A DNA stretch of 64,000 nucleotides from the human T2T-CHM13v2.0 reference genome, Homo sapiens, in NCBI RefSeq assembly GCF_009914755.1, contig NC_060931.1; one strand, written 5' to 3'. This document shows, one piece after another, positions 26,801-42,370 of this stretch (its first letter is position 1; every line of letters begins with the position of its first letter). Position numbers and translations under genes: made by a program. Under the pieces are notes generated by a model that had not been told where the DNA came from, searched no databases, and saw only the letters and a program-made list of their open reading frames with translations.

Positions 26801-28935
26801 TCACATAGCTGGCGGGACGCTGAGACCTACGTCTCTCTGTCTCATTACCCTAGTCTAAGCCAAGGGTGGCAGGCCATTCGTGTTCACCGTACAACCAGTG
26901 GATACAATCAGCCTTGGTTCTCTCCCCGGGTTTAAGAGCCAGACCCAGGGCCTAAGAAATATATCATTTCTTTGGGGATCAAATGGATAAATGAATAAGA
27001 AGATGGATTATACTAAACGCAAATTATTTAGAGGAGGGATAAATCTCTTTTGGTTATGGCAAAGGTAGCACTTGAGTTTCACAAGGGGAATGGGGCAGAA
27101 CTGGGTTTGGAGGCCTGGAGGCGGGGGAAGGCAGGGAAGGCACCTTATGCCAAAGGCACCGTGCAGACTGGAACGGACGGTGAGCAGGTCAGGCTGCTGC
27201 AGAGGCCACATCGGGAGAGAGTGGCAGAGGGGCAGGCTGGGGCTACCCAGTAGGACTTCGAATCCCAGAGCTTCTAATCCCAGGTTAGGGATCTGGACGT
27301 GGGAGCCAAGCAGGGAGCACACGAGGAGCAGAGAAAGAAGAACACGCTTTAGGAGGTGTCTTTTGAGAGCAAGGAAGGGCAGTCCCTCCCAGTGCTGCTC
27401 CAGACTCCAGCAGCGCAGGCCGGGGCACGAGACAGCGGCGGGAGAGGCTGGGCAGCCTGATCGTAAGCTCAGTTCTGCAAATATTGGGGCCTCTTGCTGC
27501 CAGGAGTGGCCCTGAAAACCCACATCTTACACTGGCTGCTCTGAGCTGCAGAGGACACTGTGGAAGGACATTTACAGGCTGTCGACCCTCTTATTTCCTC
27601 CAAAAAAATAAGCAAATGCCCCTGTGGAGACAGGGAAGCATCCTGGCTCTGAGCCCAGCATGTGGCCTTGGGCCACAGCCCAGTCACGGGGGTGCATATC
27701 CCGGGTCGAGCTGCTGGGACCACTCCAGGCACAGGGACCCTCGCCGAGGCCCAGCACTTAGAATGAGGATACGTACCCCATTACATCCAGGACAAAGGAA
27801 GTTCTCTCCCTGGGGGCTGGGGGGAGACCTTTCCTGCAAAGCCAGCTGCTTCTCTGTAGTAAGCTTGAAAATGCCCTCAGGAGGGAGGGTTGCCACAGGG
27901 GAAAGCTGGTTTTGAGATAACGATTACAGGGAAAACCATGATGTCTCATGCATGGGCATGCAGGCCATGGGCGTAAATAATCATGTCAGAAGCAAGGGGA
28001 GGACTCCTGGGCACACAGAGGACCCCTGGGCACACGGAGGCTGGATCAACAACCCCACTCAGCCTTCATCTTCTCTCTGGACTTGCAAAGTCCTGCTATT
28101 TCAGCCATAATAGTTTGTCACTTCTCTGTTTCTAGTGGTCAGTCCTTAACTTTTGGAGGACAAGTTGATGAGCCACATACACAAAACAGCACATAAACTA
28201 AAGAAACTGCATGCTATCAATGCTTCCTCCATCAGCAGCTGTTTACGCCCCAGAGTTGTTTTCGTAGGTTCCCCTGTCCGGCCGTTTCCAGAAATGACTG
28301 GTTACCCTCCTGGCCATCCTGTGACAGGATGAACAAACATATCTTTTTTACCCAAACACAGCACAACAAAACAAAAACAGGAAGAAAAATTAGGCATGGT
28401 ACGGCTTATGGGTTTAATATTATCAACAATTTCCCTAGAGGTCATTAGGGGTAAATAGATTTAAAATCATTTTGAAAATATTTTAAAAACGGAAAGTTCT
28501 ATGAATTTTAGCCCATGTATAGATTTGTGTGACCACCACCACACTGAGAATACAGAACAGCCACATCATCCTAAAACCTCCCGCTGCTGCTCAGGGTGAA
28601 TGTTTGACTTTCACAAGTGCGGACATCATCTGGCTCTCTTGGTGCCAGATCTATTTATATTCTGGGGGTTCGTACTTAGTGCATTTTATTTGCCAATGTA
28701 AGTTCTAATTTACAAAAAGAGGAGGACGAGAAATCCTTCATGGAGGTCAGAGGATGACAAAGAAGTGGCACCAACAGTTTGTCCCTCATGTTCTGGCCAA
28801 ATAAATTTTATGGCAAACGTCCACATATATAAGGCTGTGACTGGGGATGACACTTCCCCAGTCATGAGAATTAGGACGAGGAAGGAGCTCTAAATACAGA
28901 GAACACCATGCACCAGTCTACCTGCTGCCACTGGA

Positions 28936-29920
28936 TACACACACAGCAGCACATGTAACCAACACATACCACACCCAACACATACACCCCCTCCACACCC
29001 ACACTATATCCAACATACACACCCGACACACACCACACACACACACACCCCACACACTACACCCAACACACACCACACACACACCCCACACACTACACCC
29101 AACACATACACCTCCCCCACACCCACACTATACCCAACCTACACACCCAACACCCACCACACACACACACACGCAACACATACTACACCCAACACATACA
29201 ACCCCTCCACACCCACACTATATCCAACATACACACCCCCCAACACACACCACACACACAACCACACCCAACACACACCACACCCAACATATACCCCCTC
29301 CACACCCACACTATATCCAACATACACACCCAACACACACACCACACCCAACACATGCACCCCCTCCACACCCGCTATACCCAACATACACACCCAACAC
29401 ACACCACACACACACCACACACACACACCATACCCAACACATACACCCCCTCCACACCCACACTATATCCAACATACACACCCAACACACACACCACACC
29501 CAACACACACTACACCCAACACATGCACCCCCTCCACACCCACACTATACCCAACATACACACCCAACACACACCACACCCAACACATACACCCCCTCCA
29601 CACCCACACTATACCCAACATACATACCCCACCACACACACTATACCCAACATACACACCCAACACACCACACACACCACACCCAACACATGCACCCCCT
29701 CCACACCCACACTATACCCAACATACACACCCCCAACACATACCACACACACACCCAACACATGCTACATGTGCCCACACTACACCCAACACACACACAC
29801 ACCCCAACACACCCCCACACCCCATACACACAGCAACATATACATACCCCATGTGAACACATACAAACCATACACATGCCTACCATACATAAACACACCC
29901 AACACACACCCCATACACAC
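28936..29920. repeat. ~1 kb CA-rich complex minisatellite
   Basis: Recurrent modules ccccctccacacccacactata(t/c)ccaacatacacaccc and cacccaacacac; about 8-9 higher-order units of variable length. Confidence 0.95.
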
Positions 29921-30667
29921 AGACGTGCTCTGTCTTCAGGGGAGTCTTAAACAGGCTCTTTGGCATCACTCCAGCCTTGGCTTTTTGACCCTAGTGATGT
30001 CAGTGGTGATACACGTGGCTGCAGGAGGTACCAGCAGGTGTCAAAGGCAGTTTAACCCCCAAGGCCTCCAGCGCCCCGTCCCACCACTCTCCTCGGAGGC
30101 CCCTGCACTCCACCGTCGGACTACAGGACTCTAGCGTTGCTCCTGGGCCAGAAGCAGCAGCCTGGAGGTGCAGCTCTCAAGTCAGGAAGTATACCCCCAC
30201 CTTCCTCCCCAAGCAACCAAGATCTGTCCTCCTCCCTCTGGACTCAGGAAGAGGTGTCTCCTCTCTCCCCAAATGCTGGGCCCTGTCCCTTCCTGGTGCC
30301 AGAGGAAACCAACTAACCACACTCCCAACATCCAGGCCCTTGTTCCTTTGGGACCTAGTGAGTCTGATATACGATGCTGGGCCTCCAGGCGCCTGTAAGA
30401 TGAAAAAGAAATGATTGGGAATACTGGGGATGCCCAGCTTACAAATCATGAATGATGACACCAGGCCAAGGAAAATGCATGCTGTCACAGAAGCATGGAT
30501 CTGGGTGGGGAGGCTGGGGAAAGCATGGTGCTTATTCGTGACAGAGCTGCTGTGTGCCAGGCATGGCAGAGGGCGAGTTACACGCATGCGGCTATCTCAT
30601 TCAGTCCCTACCAACCTCATCTTCTCTTAAAAGGGAAAACTACTACCAACTGCTAGTAGTTTCCCCC

Positions 30668-30946
30668 TTTTTTTTTTTTGAGACGGAGTCTCGCTATGTC
30701 GCCCAGGCTGGAGTGCAGTGGCGCAATCTCGGCTCACTGCAAGCTCCGCCTCCTGGGTTCATGCCATTCTCCTGCCTCAGCCTCCTGAGTAGCTGGGACT
30801 ACAGGCACCCACCAACACGCCCAGCTGATTTTTTGGTATTTTTAGTAGAGACGGTGTTTCACCATGTTAGCCAGGATGGTCTGGATCTCCTGACCTCGTG
30901 ATCCGCCCGCCTCGGCCTCCCAAAGTGCTGGGATTACAGGTGTGAG
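30668..30946 (-). mobile_element. AluY lacking about 15 nt at its 5' end
   Basis: Diagnostic gcaagctccgcc, ttagccaggatggtc and gacctcgtgatcc. Confidence 0.92.
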
Positions 30947-30974
30947 GAAGTTTTCTCTTTTAAGAAAAAAGAAC

Positions 30975-31175
30975 AATAAGCCTCAGAAAGGTTTGGGAAC
31001 CTGCCTGGAGTCACACAGCTGTAAAGTAGCAGATCTGGAATTCAAATCCAGCTCTGTCTGCCAGATGATAGTAATGATAATACAAATAATAACAAGGATG
31101 AAAAGATTAGTAAAAAAAAAAAAAAAAAAGAGCAGCTAACATTTCCTGAGTGCTCACTATGTGCCAGGCACGGGT
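30975..31175 (-). mobile_element. MIR fragments
   Basis: gtcacacagctgtaaagtagcagatctggaattcaaatccag and agctaacatttcctgagtgctcactatgtgccaggcac. Confidence 0.6.
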
Positions 31176-33504
31176 TGAGCAGCTGACGATTGGCCTTACT
31201 CTCTCCAGGAAGGCTTTGTTCATGCAGCTCTTACGTACGAAGACAAAGTTACAAGGAACGTGAGCAGCATGTCCACAGAGCCTCAAAAACAGAAAAGCAG
31301 GTTGGAGGTTACGAGGCCCCGGGGATGATGCTGTCTTTCTATCCTCAAGGTGACTCAGCCAGGTCTTGCTGCATTTGGCCCCTTCTTTATGCTGGGGAAG
31401 TCGCTTCTCATTTTCTGCGAAGGTATAATGGGACAAGACAGATGTTGGCTGATTTCAGGGAACTGATCTGTTCGAAGCTGAATCAGCTGTCTGCAGGCCT
31501 TAAATATAAACTTCACACAGGTGGAAAGACGAGATGGGAATAAGTGTTTTTGGTGAGATGTGTACGTTCCCCAAGAGGCGGAAGCGGGCGGCCCCTGTGA
31601 TTCAGGGTTCAGAGATGCTAGATGCTGTGGCCCAGGACTTAGGCAGCAGTGAAAGTTCCTGCATGAAAGATGACAAGAAACTGGGCATGCGAGGGTTTCC
31701 GGTGGGTGACGAGATGAGCTGAGCTACAAGGCATGGGATGCCGCTCATATCATTCATTAATGCATGCAGGCATTCGGTCATTCACTCATTCCACTGATGA
31801 GCCTTAGGAAATGGTGTCTGCAACATTTAATAAGCATTAAGGGAGAAAACATGGGACAGAGTAACTGAGCTCAACCTGCTTCTACTGTTTCTGGAGCTTG
31901 TATTTCAGCTTTCAGCCCCTCCCCTGCTCTGGAATTCTATCTCAGAGCCCAGCCTGGCTCCCGCCTGCTCACACGGGAGGTAGAGATCCCCAACTCCTCG
32001 CAAACGTTTAGAGCTCAACTGTGAATTCTTAGCTTGCATTCTCAGATTTGTCTATAAAGGCATTTTCCTTTTATTCTCTTTCCATTTACAAATGCCACAC
32101 ATGTGATTGGTGGGAAGGACAAAGAGTGACGTCCCAGCACACTGTGGGTCACACTTTCTCTGATTCGGCCACACTGTGGCCTCAGTCAGGTGCACCTTGC
32201 ATCGCTTTGCTTTTCTGCTTCAGAGCCACCTCTGACCCTGCTCAAGCCCACTCAGTCCTGGCACAAGCTCTGCCCAAGCAAAGCCACAGGGGAGTTAACA
32301 CCCTGGGGAGCCCTCAACCCCTGCGACCAGAGCCCCGCCTTTGGCCCTTCCCAGGCACACTCCTGGAGGCCTCGGGCAGGCTCCTCAGAGGTGGGACGGA
32401 GCCCTGAGTGTACAGCAGCCCAGAATCATGGGGCTTACTCCTCTCAGCATCACTCTCCCGATTCCCTTAGGCCTGTGATCATCTCCTAAACAGGCGATCT
32501 GCACCCAAGCCCTTGCTCTTGGGGAAATTCGAGACAGTTGCTTCTGTAACAGCACCATCTCAATCTGTCCCGGAACAAGGGCCACAAGCCCAATACCCGC
32601 AAAGCCCTGAGGCTCCATCCGGCACTGGCCGTGGGTTTGCTGGCTTCAATCACCCTCCGTAAGACCCCGCAGGGGAGATTGGTGAGCGAGAGAAGGGTGG
32701 CCCTGTCTGCACTGCTGCGACGCAGCGACCTGCTCTCACAGGGCGGCATCGAGGACTCAGAACATGCTAGTGGCCCTAAAAGCCAGGGGAACTGGCAAAA
32801 TGATTCAAGGTGACAAACTCTGCCTTTTCAGTTTAATGAGAGATGTTCAAGCTGGGAGACCAGGGTGGGCCAGGACAGTGGGGGCTGGCTGTCTACTCGG
32901 GGACAGCCTCTTCCATCGCAGACTGGGGACAGATACTGCAGAGCCGAGGGCACTCCTACTCACGTCCTGAAACCTCAGCACAACACAGTGTATGGCACAT
33001 CTTCGGAATTCAAAAAATTACCTGTTGGATGCATACATGAGAGTTACAGCTCCAAACCCAGCTGTGGCTACAGGGAGAGTTCAGCAGCTCCTTGGCAGTG
33101 AGTGCGCTATCCATCGTAAGTCATGCAGGAAGGAAGGCACGTTCATGTCTCCTCTGCTGTTCACCTTTCTATTCCCACCCAGTCCAGGCGTTCCCCTCCT
33201 AACCACCCACTGCTTGCCAGTTCACCAACCCACATGACCCCTCCTATGGTACCCCCCAATTATTCTGGATCTCTTCTGTTGCCACCCCTGGGGCATAAAG
33301 GGTCTGACCACAAGGAATCTGACAAACGGGCCCTGCAGAAGGGCTCTCAACCACTTGGGAGACAGACGGACAGCTCAATGCCAGGCTGTCATGCCGGCCG
33401 CACCCTCTCACCTCCACAGGGTCTACACTACACCCTGGTGGGCTGACACTCTGGAGCCCATGCCATCTAAGCAACAATTCTCAAAGGATAATAATAAAAT
33501 AAAT

Positions 33505-33657
33505 AAAGAGGGCAGGAGGAAACTTTCGGAGGTGATGGATATGCCTATGGCATAGGCTGTGGTGGTTTCATGGGTATATACTCAGCCCCGAACCCATCAA
33601 GTCATGGATATTAAGTATGTACAGCTTTCTGTAAGTAAATCATACCTCAATAAACTG
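33505..33657 (+). mobile_element. L1MC/MD-like 3'-end fragment
   Basis: aaactttcggaggtgatggata...atcatacctcaataaa. Confidence 0.65.
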
Positions 33658-34814
33658 TGTGTGTGTTTTTAAGAATTAGCTGCAGAGCTTGTCCAAATGC
33701 ATGTCACCTGGCCCCCCACCCCCAGAGGGCCTGCTCATTAGGTTTGTTTCGGCAAGTACCCTGGGTGATGATGGGGCAGGAGGGTCCTTAGATCCCACTT
33801 GGAAAATGACTGGTCTCTACCTTGAGCCCAAGAGTAGTTCTGGCCCTACTGTTCTCAGGTTAGAGACATGTATTTGGCAGCTCTGTGGCAAGGCAGAAAA
33901 CTGGGCCAAGTTTCCAGGGCGTGAACACTGCGTCTGCACCTGGGCCCTCTGTCTCTGGGGACACTGGGGTATTTTCATGTCTTTAAGTGTGTGCGTGTGC
34001 CCTTGCATGTCCAAGCATGCTTGCTGCGTGTGCCTTGTGTCTTTCACCACATGGTGGGCGTGTGTGCATTATCAGTAGCTCTGTATGGAGGGCTGAGTGT
34101 CAGCTTCTTGGTCACCATGGTTCTCATAAGCACACCTGTGCCTGCATGTCACACATGGGCTTAAACTGTGTCGCCTGAGTCTGTGTGTGTGCATGTGTGT
34201 GTGTGCACCTGTGTGTGTGTGAAGAGGGGACTGCAGTACCAGGGCAGTATACACAGAGCATTCCAGTTCAGTTATTTCATACTTATAATTAAATAATAAT
34301 ACTTATTAAGAGAAATTTTAATTGCAAAGTATTTTACCATACAGCTGAAGGTCCCAGAGATGAATAAGGGAAACTTGAAGATAACCTAACAGCCTACATA
34401 ACTTATTGATTACTTCTCTTCAAAAGAGAAGCTGCAACCCGAAACGCATACATGTACGTATTTATAACAGTCTCCCTGGGCAAATGAAGTTGTCGGTGGG
34501 TTGAACAGTTCACTTCATATCTTCAAGTGCAAACTAGAACCTTCTCCTGTTGTTTCTATTAGTAAAAGACAAATTAATTTTAAAAGTTCATGCCTGCGAT
34601 GCACTTGCTTTCAGAGACCCTCTTTTCAATCAAACCTAACTTCTAGTCACTCACTTTCTATATGCTGTAATCTGCACAAGCTATGCAATTTTTGAAATGA
34701 CTTATATTTATGGCTTTATAAAGCTATGCCCCTTTTTGAAATGATTGATATTTCCAGCCCAGAGCATGGCATTTTAGAATATGCTCTGTTCTCTGTTGAT
34801 CAGGGGATCATGGA

Positions 34815-35010
34815 GGGTTCCCAGTTTCAGCTAATGAGGCCAAGGTCAACCCACAGGAGAGAAAACTGCTCCCTGGCCACAGACTGAACCACCAATTCTG
34901 GCCAACCGCCTCATAAACACAGGCCCAGGTCATAATGGGATCCAGATGGAGGAGTGTGGACAGTCACAGCTGACATTCTACTGACCGTGACTCAATGGAA
35001 CACAGCTTGG
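34815..35010 (+). mobile_element. Ancient tRNA-derived SINE (MamSINE1-like)
   Basis: gctaatgaggccaaggtc (tRNA-like head) and ctggccacagactg...ggtcataatggg...gagtgtgga. Confidence 0.5.
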
Positions 35011-35974
35011 GGCAGGGCTAGGACTGGTGCTAAGGTCTCTGGTTTCTCCTTTCAGAGCCTATTTCTTTATAGCAGTGGTGGGATTTGAAACTAGGCTCTG
35101 AAAGACTGGAGCTTCAGAACTGAGCCTTAGAGACAGCAAGGTCATTAAACAAAAGAAAGCAAAATAAACAAAAAGCTATTCCCTCTAAGTCAATTCTGCA
35201 ATCAAAGCATCGGAAAAGTTAAATGCACTAACAATGTCCACATTCATACTATCGGGGGGTAGAACCCCCCATTATAATCTAGGGCCTCATCCCTTCATTC
35301 CTGAGTAACAACAGTTGTCTCCTAGCCTCTGGCTCTCAAAACATCCCCACAACTTTTTTTTTTCTTTGCCATTCCAATTGATTTATACCATCATTAATTT
35401 TCATTAAACTTCTCCTTTGTTCCAGAATTTACAATGGCTCCCAGCTCTGGCACTTTGGCTCAACCCAAGCCCCTCAAGCCTGTATTCAAAACTCTCTATT
35501 GTCAGGCTTCACTCACCGGATTATTATTTTCCAGTACAGGCCTTCGACTCCCGCCAGGTGTCACTGTCTAAGGAGTCACCATCATTTCTCCCATCTTCCC
35601 TTATTTATTCCAGTCTCCATGACCCCTAGACTTCCCCATCCCTATCTCATGTTAACTTCCCTGTTAACCCATCTGGCAAAATCTTTCACTGACTTTTAAT
35701 TTCTTGAACTGGCTTTGCTCATCATTGTTTCCCTAGAGTCTGGCAGAAGGTAGGTTCACAATAAATCTCTGTTGAATGACCAAACATTTAAAATATTGAA
35801 GCATCAGAATGACAGTCTTGGCAGTTGGTTTGTGTTTTCCATCTCCTCAAAGAGACTGTGAACTCTGCAAGATTAGGGATCATGCCTTACCCTCTGCACT
35901 CTGGAGCACATATCTACTACGGGACACTCAGTAATGAATGTTTGATGAATTGAACTGAAAATTAATCTCCACCC

Positions 35975-36355
35975 TGATATGGTTTGGATCTGTGTCCCTA
36001 CCCAAATCTCATGTTGAATTGTGATCTCCAACGTTGGAGGAGGGGCCTGGTGAAAGATGACTGAGTCATGGGGGCACACTTCCCCCTTGCTGTTCTTGTG
36101 ATTGTGAGTTCTCACGAGATTTGGTTGTTTAAAAGCATGTAGCACCTACCCCACCTCTCTCTTTCTCCTTCTCCAGCCATATAAGATGTGCCTGCTTCCC
36201 CTTCACCTTCCTCCATGATTGTAAGTTTCCTGAGGCCTCCCAGCCATGCTTCCTATACACCCCGCAGAACTGTGAGTCAATTAAACCTTTTTTTTTTTAA
36301 TAAATTACCCAGTCATAGGTAGCTCTTTATGGCAATGCAAGAATGGAATAATACA
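35975..36355 (+). mobile_element. MSTA solo LTR
   Basis: TGATATGGTTTGGATCTGTGTCCC...taataCA with a perfect 5-bp TSD caccc. Confidence 0.92.
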
Positions 36356-36390
36356 CACCCCCACCTAAAACCACCATGAAATCAACTTGA

Positions 36391-36722
<332 letters not shown>

Positions 36723-39700
36723 GGTTAGATTATTCTGAAAAAGTGGATTATTTGCTATTTTTCATGTCCTAATTTTTTATGTTCAATTTTTGGGTCCTGG
36801 TAACAGTCCTACGTGTTTCAAAAAACTCTAGACAAGAATATTTTGAATAATCCAGAGTAGAAACCAAAAAAAATCTATATATTTTAATCACTGATTACCC
36901 TTTGCCTGAATGGCATGTCTTTTTGTTTGTGTTTTTTTCTGAGAGTGGAGTTTAACATTTGGTCTTATTTGTAGTTTACTGGTTCTGCTGATAATGGAAA
37001 TACCCCAGTACCAATTTATTGCTTGCTCAAAAAAAAAACAAAAAAACTAAAAACAAACAAAATGAACTGGCATCAATGTAGAATTAAATAACAAAAGGGC
37101 AGGGGCGCCCAAGGTGAAGTAATACAAGCAAGGATTACCTGCAACTCTGTTCTTTTGGGTGTCAACACCTGAAAGGTGACACCATTAAGAAAATCCCTCT
37201 GTCCTTCAGAATAGTGTTTCTCAAAGACTGGTCCTAAGACCCCCTGCCTGGCTCACCTCCAGTTCTCTGAGGCAAGTCTCTGTGGTGGTGGGTGTGGACT
37301 TTCTCCCAGGGTACTCCCAGGGAGACTCTGTTCCCAGCAACCTCTCCAGGAGATTCCTGTGCACAGTAAAGCCTGAGAACCTGGGCAGCTGACAGTTAAT
37401 GACATAACTGACCTTCGAATTGGAAGGGAATACCCCTGCTTCAGACTCGAGAAAAAAACTTAAAAAGCAGCCTTTGTTTCCTGAAAAACACACCAGTGGG
37501 CTTGCCTCACAGAATACCAACAGCCACTGTGGCCAGGCACATGCCTGAGAGCTGGGGAAAACAGTTGGCTCCGGGGACACCACCTCCTTTTCCAAGTCCC
37601 CAAGGCGAGGATAACATATCCTTGTCTCACACCGTTTCTGTGTCACTAGGTGGGGACAATGGTGGGATGAGACACTTAGCCCAGTCCCATGCAAAATGAC
37701 AGAGGGACACATAAGTACTCTACCTTTTGAAAGTCAGATGTCCTGGGACGATAATGTGCCCAGCTCAGATACAGGGGGCCGAGGGGAGAAAGTCCCCACC
37801 CACCACCTGCAGGACAAAGGCCAACCTGCTGGGAGGCTGGATGCACAGCATGCAATGACTCCTCCAGCCCAGGCGGCTCAAACACACAGCCATTCCCTCA
37901 CGATGCAGATGCAGCTGAAAGCATCTGAAAGCGTCTTCTTTCTGGGACATGGGCCTTAACGATGGACAATTAAAGAGCTTTTCTTGCCCCCTTTCTTTCC
38001 TATAAGAGGCAAAGCCACCAGGAAAATCAACTTGATAAACATGGCCTAGAGCTGGCTGTCCCACACAGCTGGGACGAAAAGAGACAGAGCACTAGAGACT
38101 GTCCTCGAAAAATCGGATCGATCTATATGGTGGCAAACCACTGCAGGGCTCAGACAAGGCCTGAGGGAGAAACAGAACATTGCACCAACTTAGAAATGAA
38201 GCCTCATTTCAGGCAGAAGAGCCGCTGTCTTTCCTGCTGACCGTATTTTTGGAACCAGGGCTGGGCACAGGGAGGCTGACATGAGGGCCTGAAGGTGACC
38301 ACAGAAAGGAGAAAGAGGCCTTCTTGCTCAGAATTTTAGGCAATGGTGATTTCAGGGGTGAAAAGAGGGTACTATCACAACTAAACGGAGGGTCCTTCAG
38401 AGGGATGTGGGGACACAGGGGCCAGATGTGACTGTGCCTGTCACGAAGTGGGGAAAAGAGGGCTCCTGAGGGCCCAGGAACCGCCAGCAAACCAGCCTAC
38501 CACACCCACCAGAGGCGTCCAAAAGGCCTGATCTCACCCACAGAGGGGGGCAGGAGAGGATCGCTGTGAGTCCAGGTGAAGGAGTCAGCCCTCCCCAACC
38601 CTCACAGGCAAACTTTTACTGCTGCCGCAGGCTTCCTGAGCTAGGATCCCCGATTTTGCGACCTGTCTCCTCAGCACTAGGGGCACCAGCACCAGGCAGG
38701 AAAGCAAAGAAAAACTCGCAGAGTCCAAGGGGATGGGCAGGGAGGGCTCCAGGAAGCGTCACATGGGCACCAGAAGGCAAGATGACAAGGGGGTCTTAAG
38801 AATCCCCAATTCAGCTTACTCGATTCACCAAGTTTCGCTCTAAGGATGTGCTGCCTTTTAAACAGAGTTTGTCGAAGTCTTTTTACAAGTCGCCATGCTA
38901 GCTTTCAGTGAATGTTAATAACACTGGTACGTGTTCATGATGCAGCAATTCAGATGAACTACATAAAAGCCCTAGCAGCCAAGTCAGGGGCTGTTCACCC
39001 TGAATTCAGGCCAAGAACTAGAAAGAGCCAGCCTTTGGCATGCTGAATTTACCAACCTAAATACGAAGTGGCACAGCAGCCTCCCAGAGCCAGCACAGCA
39101 CCAGCTAGCCCCCAATGGGGCTGGTACCCGGGACGGCCACCAGAGCTGGCTTTCAGAGGCCCAGGCACTCTCTACAGAGAATATGTGCTGTCGGTACCGG
39201 GCACCCAACCCTCCAGATTCACTCAACCATTGCCCATCCTTCTCCTCTGGAGACAAGGAGAGGCTTCTTGTCTTCCTTGGAGGCTCCTGCCCTGGGCTTA
39301 CTTCTCCCTGCCATTGGCTCTGGGGCCAGCGGGGCACAGAGTGGATGGCCTGGTCAGGACGAGGGAGTGGAGAGCAAGTGGAGGGGCAGCAGTAGACCCG
39401 TCTGTCCGCACGGGGCCTGGTGGTGAAAGCACAGGCCTGTGGAGACCTTTCTGCGCATAGGAAATGAGCGGGAAAGGAATCCTCAGGGCAGGGCAGAGAA
39501 GAGGCTCGCAGAGAGCTGTTCTAACTCAGGAAATGCCTCCTAAAGGGAAGAGGGAAGAGACAGAAACAGCATGGGTGAAGAGGCCTCGAAACCTCCTGTG
39601 TGAGTCAGGATTAGGATGAAAGGAGACGGGGTGGAAGGTGGGAGGGCATCTGGGGATCCGAACGGAGGGGCTGTTGCTCTCCCAGGGAAGGAGGGCCTGG

Positions 39701-41215
39701 TGCCCAGCAGGCTGAGGGAGGGGCTGGGAGGAGACTTGCAACAGCTCTGCCTGCAGCCAGGATGGGGGCCCGGACAGGGAGCAAGAAGGGGAAGCTGGCC
39801 CAGGTCAGCCCCAGGAATGGGTGACAGGTCAGCTGTGTCGACAAGGCCCTGGGGCATGTTCCAGCCTTCTCTCTGTGGCCTTGAAAGGCGCATGGAGAAA
39901 GCACACGGGCAAGCGAGCGTGCTTGCTTGCAAGCAGGATGGCCTCCGGGGACCCCGGTCTTCCTGCCTACGTGGCACGCTCTTAAATGTGCATCCGTCCC
40001 ATCTTCTCATGGGAGTTTCAGTTTTGTTTCTTGTGACCTCTATCTCCACTGCACTGTTCGGCACCACCCCAAACACACCCCCAGGCTGGTTCCACAGAGC
40101 AGGGTCTTGCTTTCCATCCCTGCCGCCTCCCCGCTGTGCACCCGCCATGGCCAGCCACGGAGTGACACACCTAAGCCATGTTACAGCCATGTTACCTCCC
40201 AGCTGCCCACGAGGCTGGTGAGAGGATTTCTCCCACTTCATGGGTTAGGAAATGAAGGCATGGAGAAATCAGGCCATTAGGAGAGGAGGGACCAGGTTCA
40301 CTCTGGCCTTTCCTGACTCCAAAGCCAGCACTCCGATCTCAGCTCCATGTCGGCAGCGGTTCCAATCCTGACTGCATACAGGGGTCCCTGAAAAGCTTCC
40401 AGATACCCCAGGATGGCAAGGGCCCTGTCTATATCCCTATACCTAGCACTGCGGCTGGCACATATTAGAAGTGAAATCAAAGCTTGTTGAATGACTGCAT
40501 GTGTGAGTCCATGACTGAACACACTTCCCTGCCACGGACACTATCATTCCTCCCTCATCCTGACCCAAAGCCTGAAGTCACCTTACCACAGGAGCCACCC
40601 AGCTGGCCCCAGACTAGTCTCTCCCTTCCTCCAGCCCTTCTGCACGTGGATAGACAAGGAACCTTCTCGGAACATCCCTTTCAACCCGTTACCTTATGTT
40701 GTTCAAGGTTTCCAGGGCTTGCTCTGGGTTTGAGGATACAGTTGCAATTCCTTGATCTGATATTTAAGACCCCCAGTGACCTGGTTCCAACCAGGCTTTC
40801 ACTCACATCTCCCACCACTCACAAACTGTTCTGGCCAGGCGGGTGTCCTTCTTGTCTCCTGTAAATTCCCACTAGTGTGACTGCGGACTGTGGATGGCAC
40901 ATCCCTCTCTCTCCACCACCTGTCTGGATCCTACCCATCCGGGAGGACGGAACTCTTCTGCTCTGCACCCCAGGTCCCAGGGAGCCCTTCCAACGCTGAA
41001 CACCTGTGCCACGGATCTTACCTGGCTCCGTTCTAATGTGACTTCTAATTGACATCGCAATGTGCACATGTCCTAATTTCGTAAGTACATTAAGATCACT
41101 TGAAGGCAGGAACTGTAGACATATAATTTTATCTCCCCACAGTGACTAAGGTGGCACATTCTCTGTGAGTGCCACTGGGCATTCAGCAGCTCCTGTCTCC
41201 TTGTGGACGGTCTTA

Positions 41216-42370
<1,155 letters not shown>

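Noticed and set aside
29355-30134. 259-aa His/Thr/Pro-rich ORF and the antisense Val/Cys/Gly ORFs
   Set aside because: These are artefacts of the stop-poor CA-rich minisatellite.
39540-40241. Overlapping 233-aa (-) and 201-aa (+) ORFs
   Set aside because: GC-rich intronic DNA with no recognisable domain or supporting splice structure.
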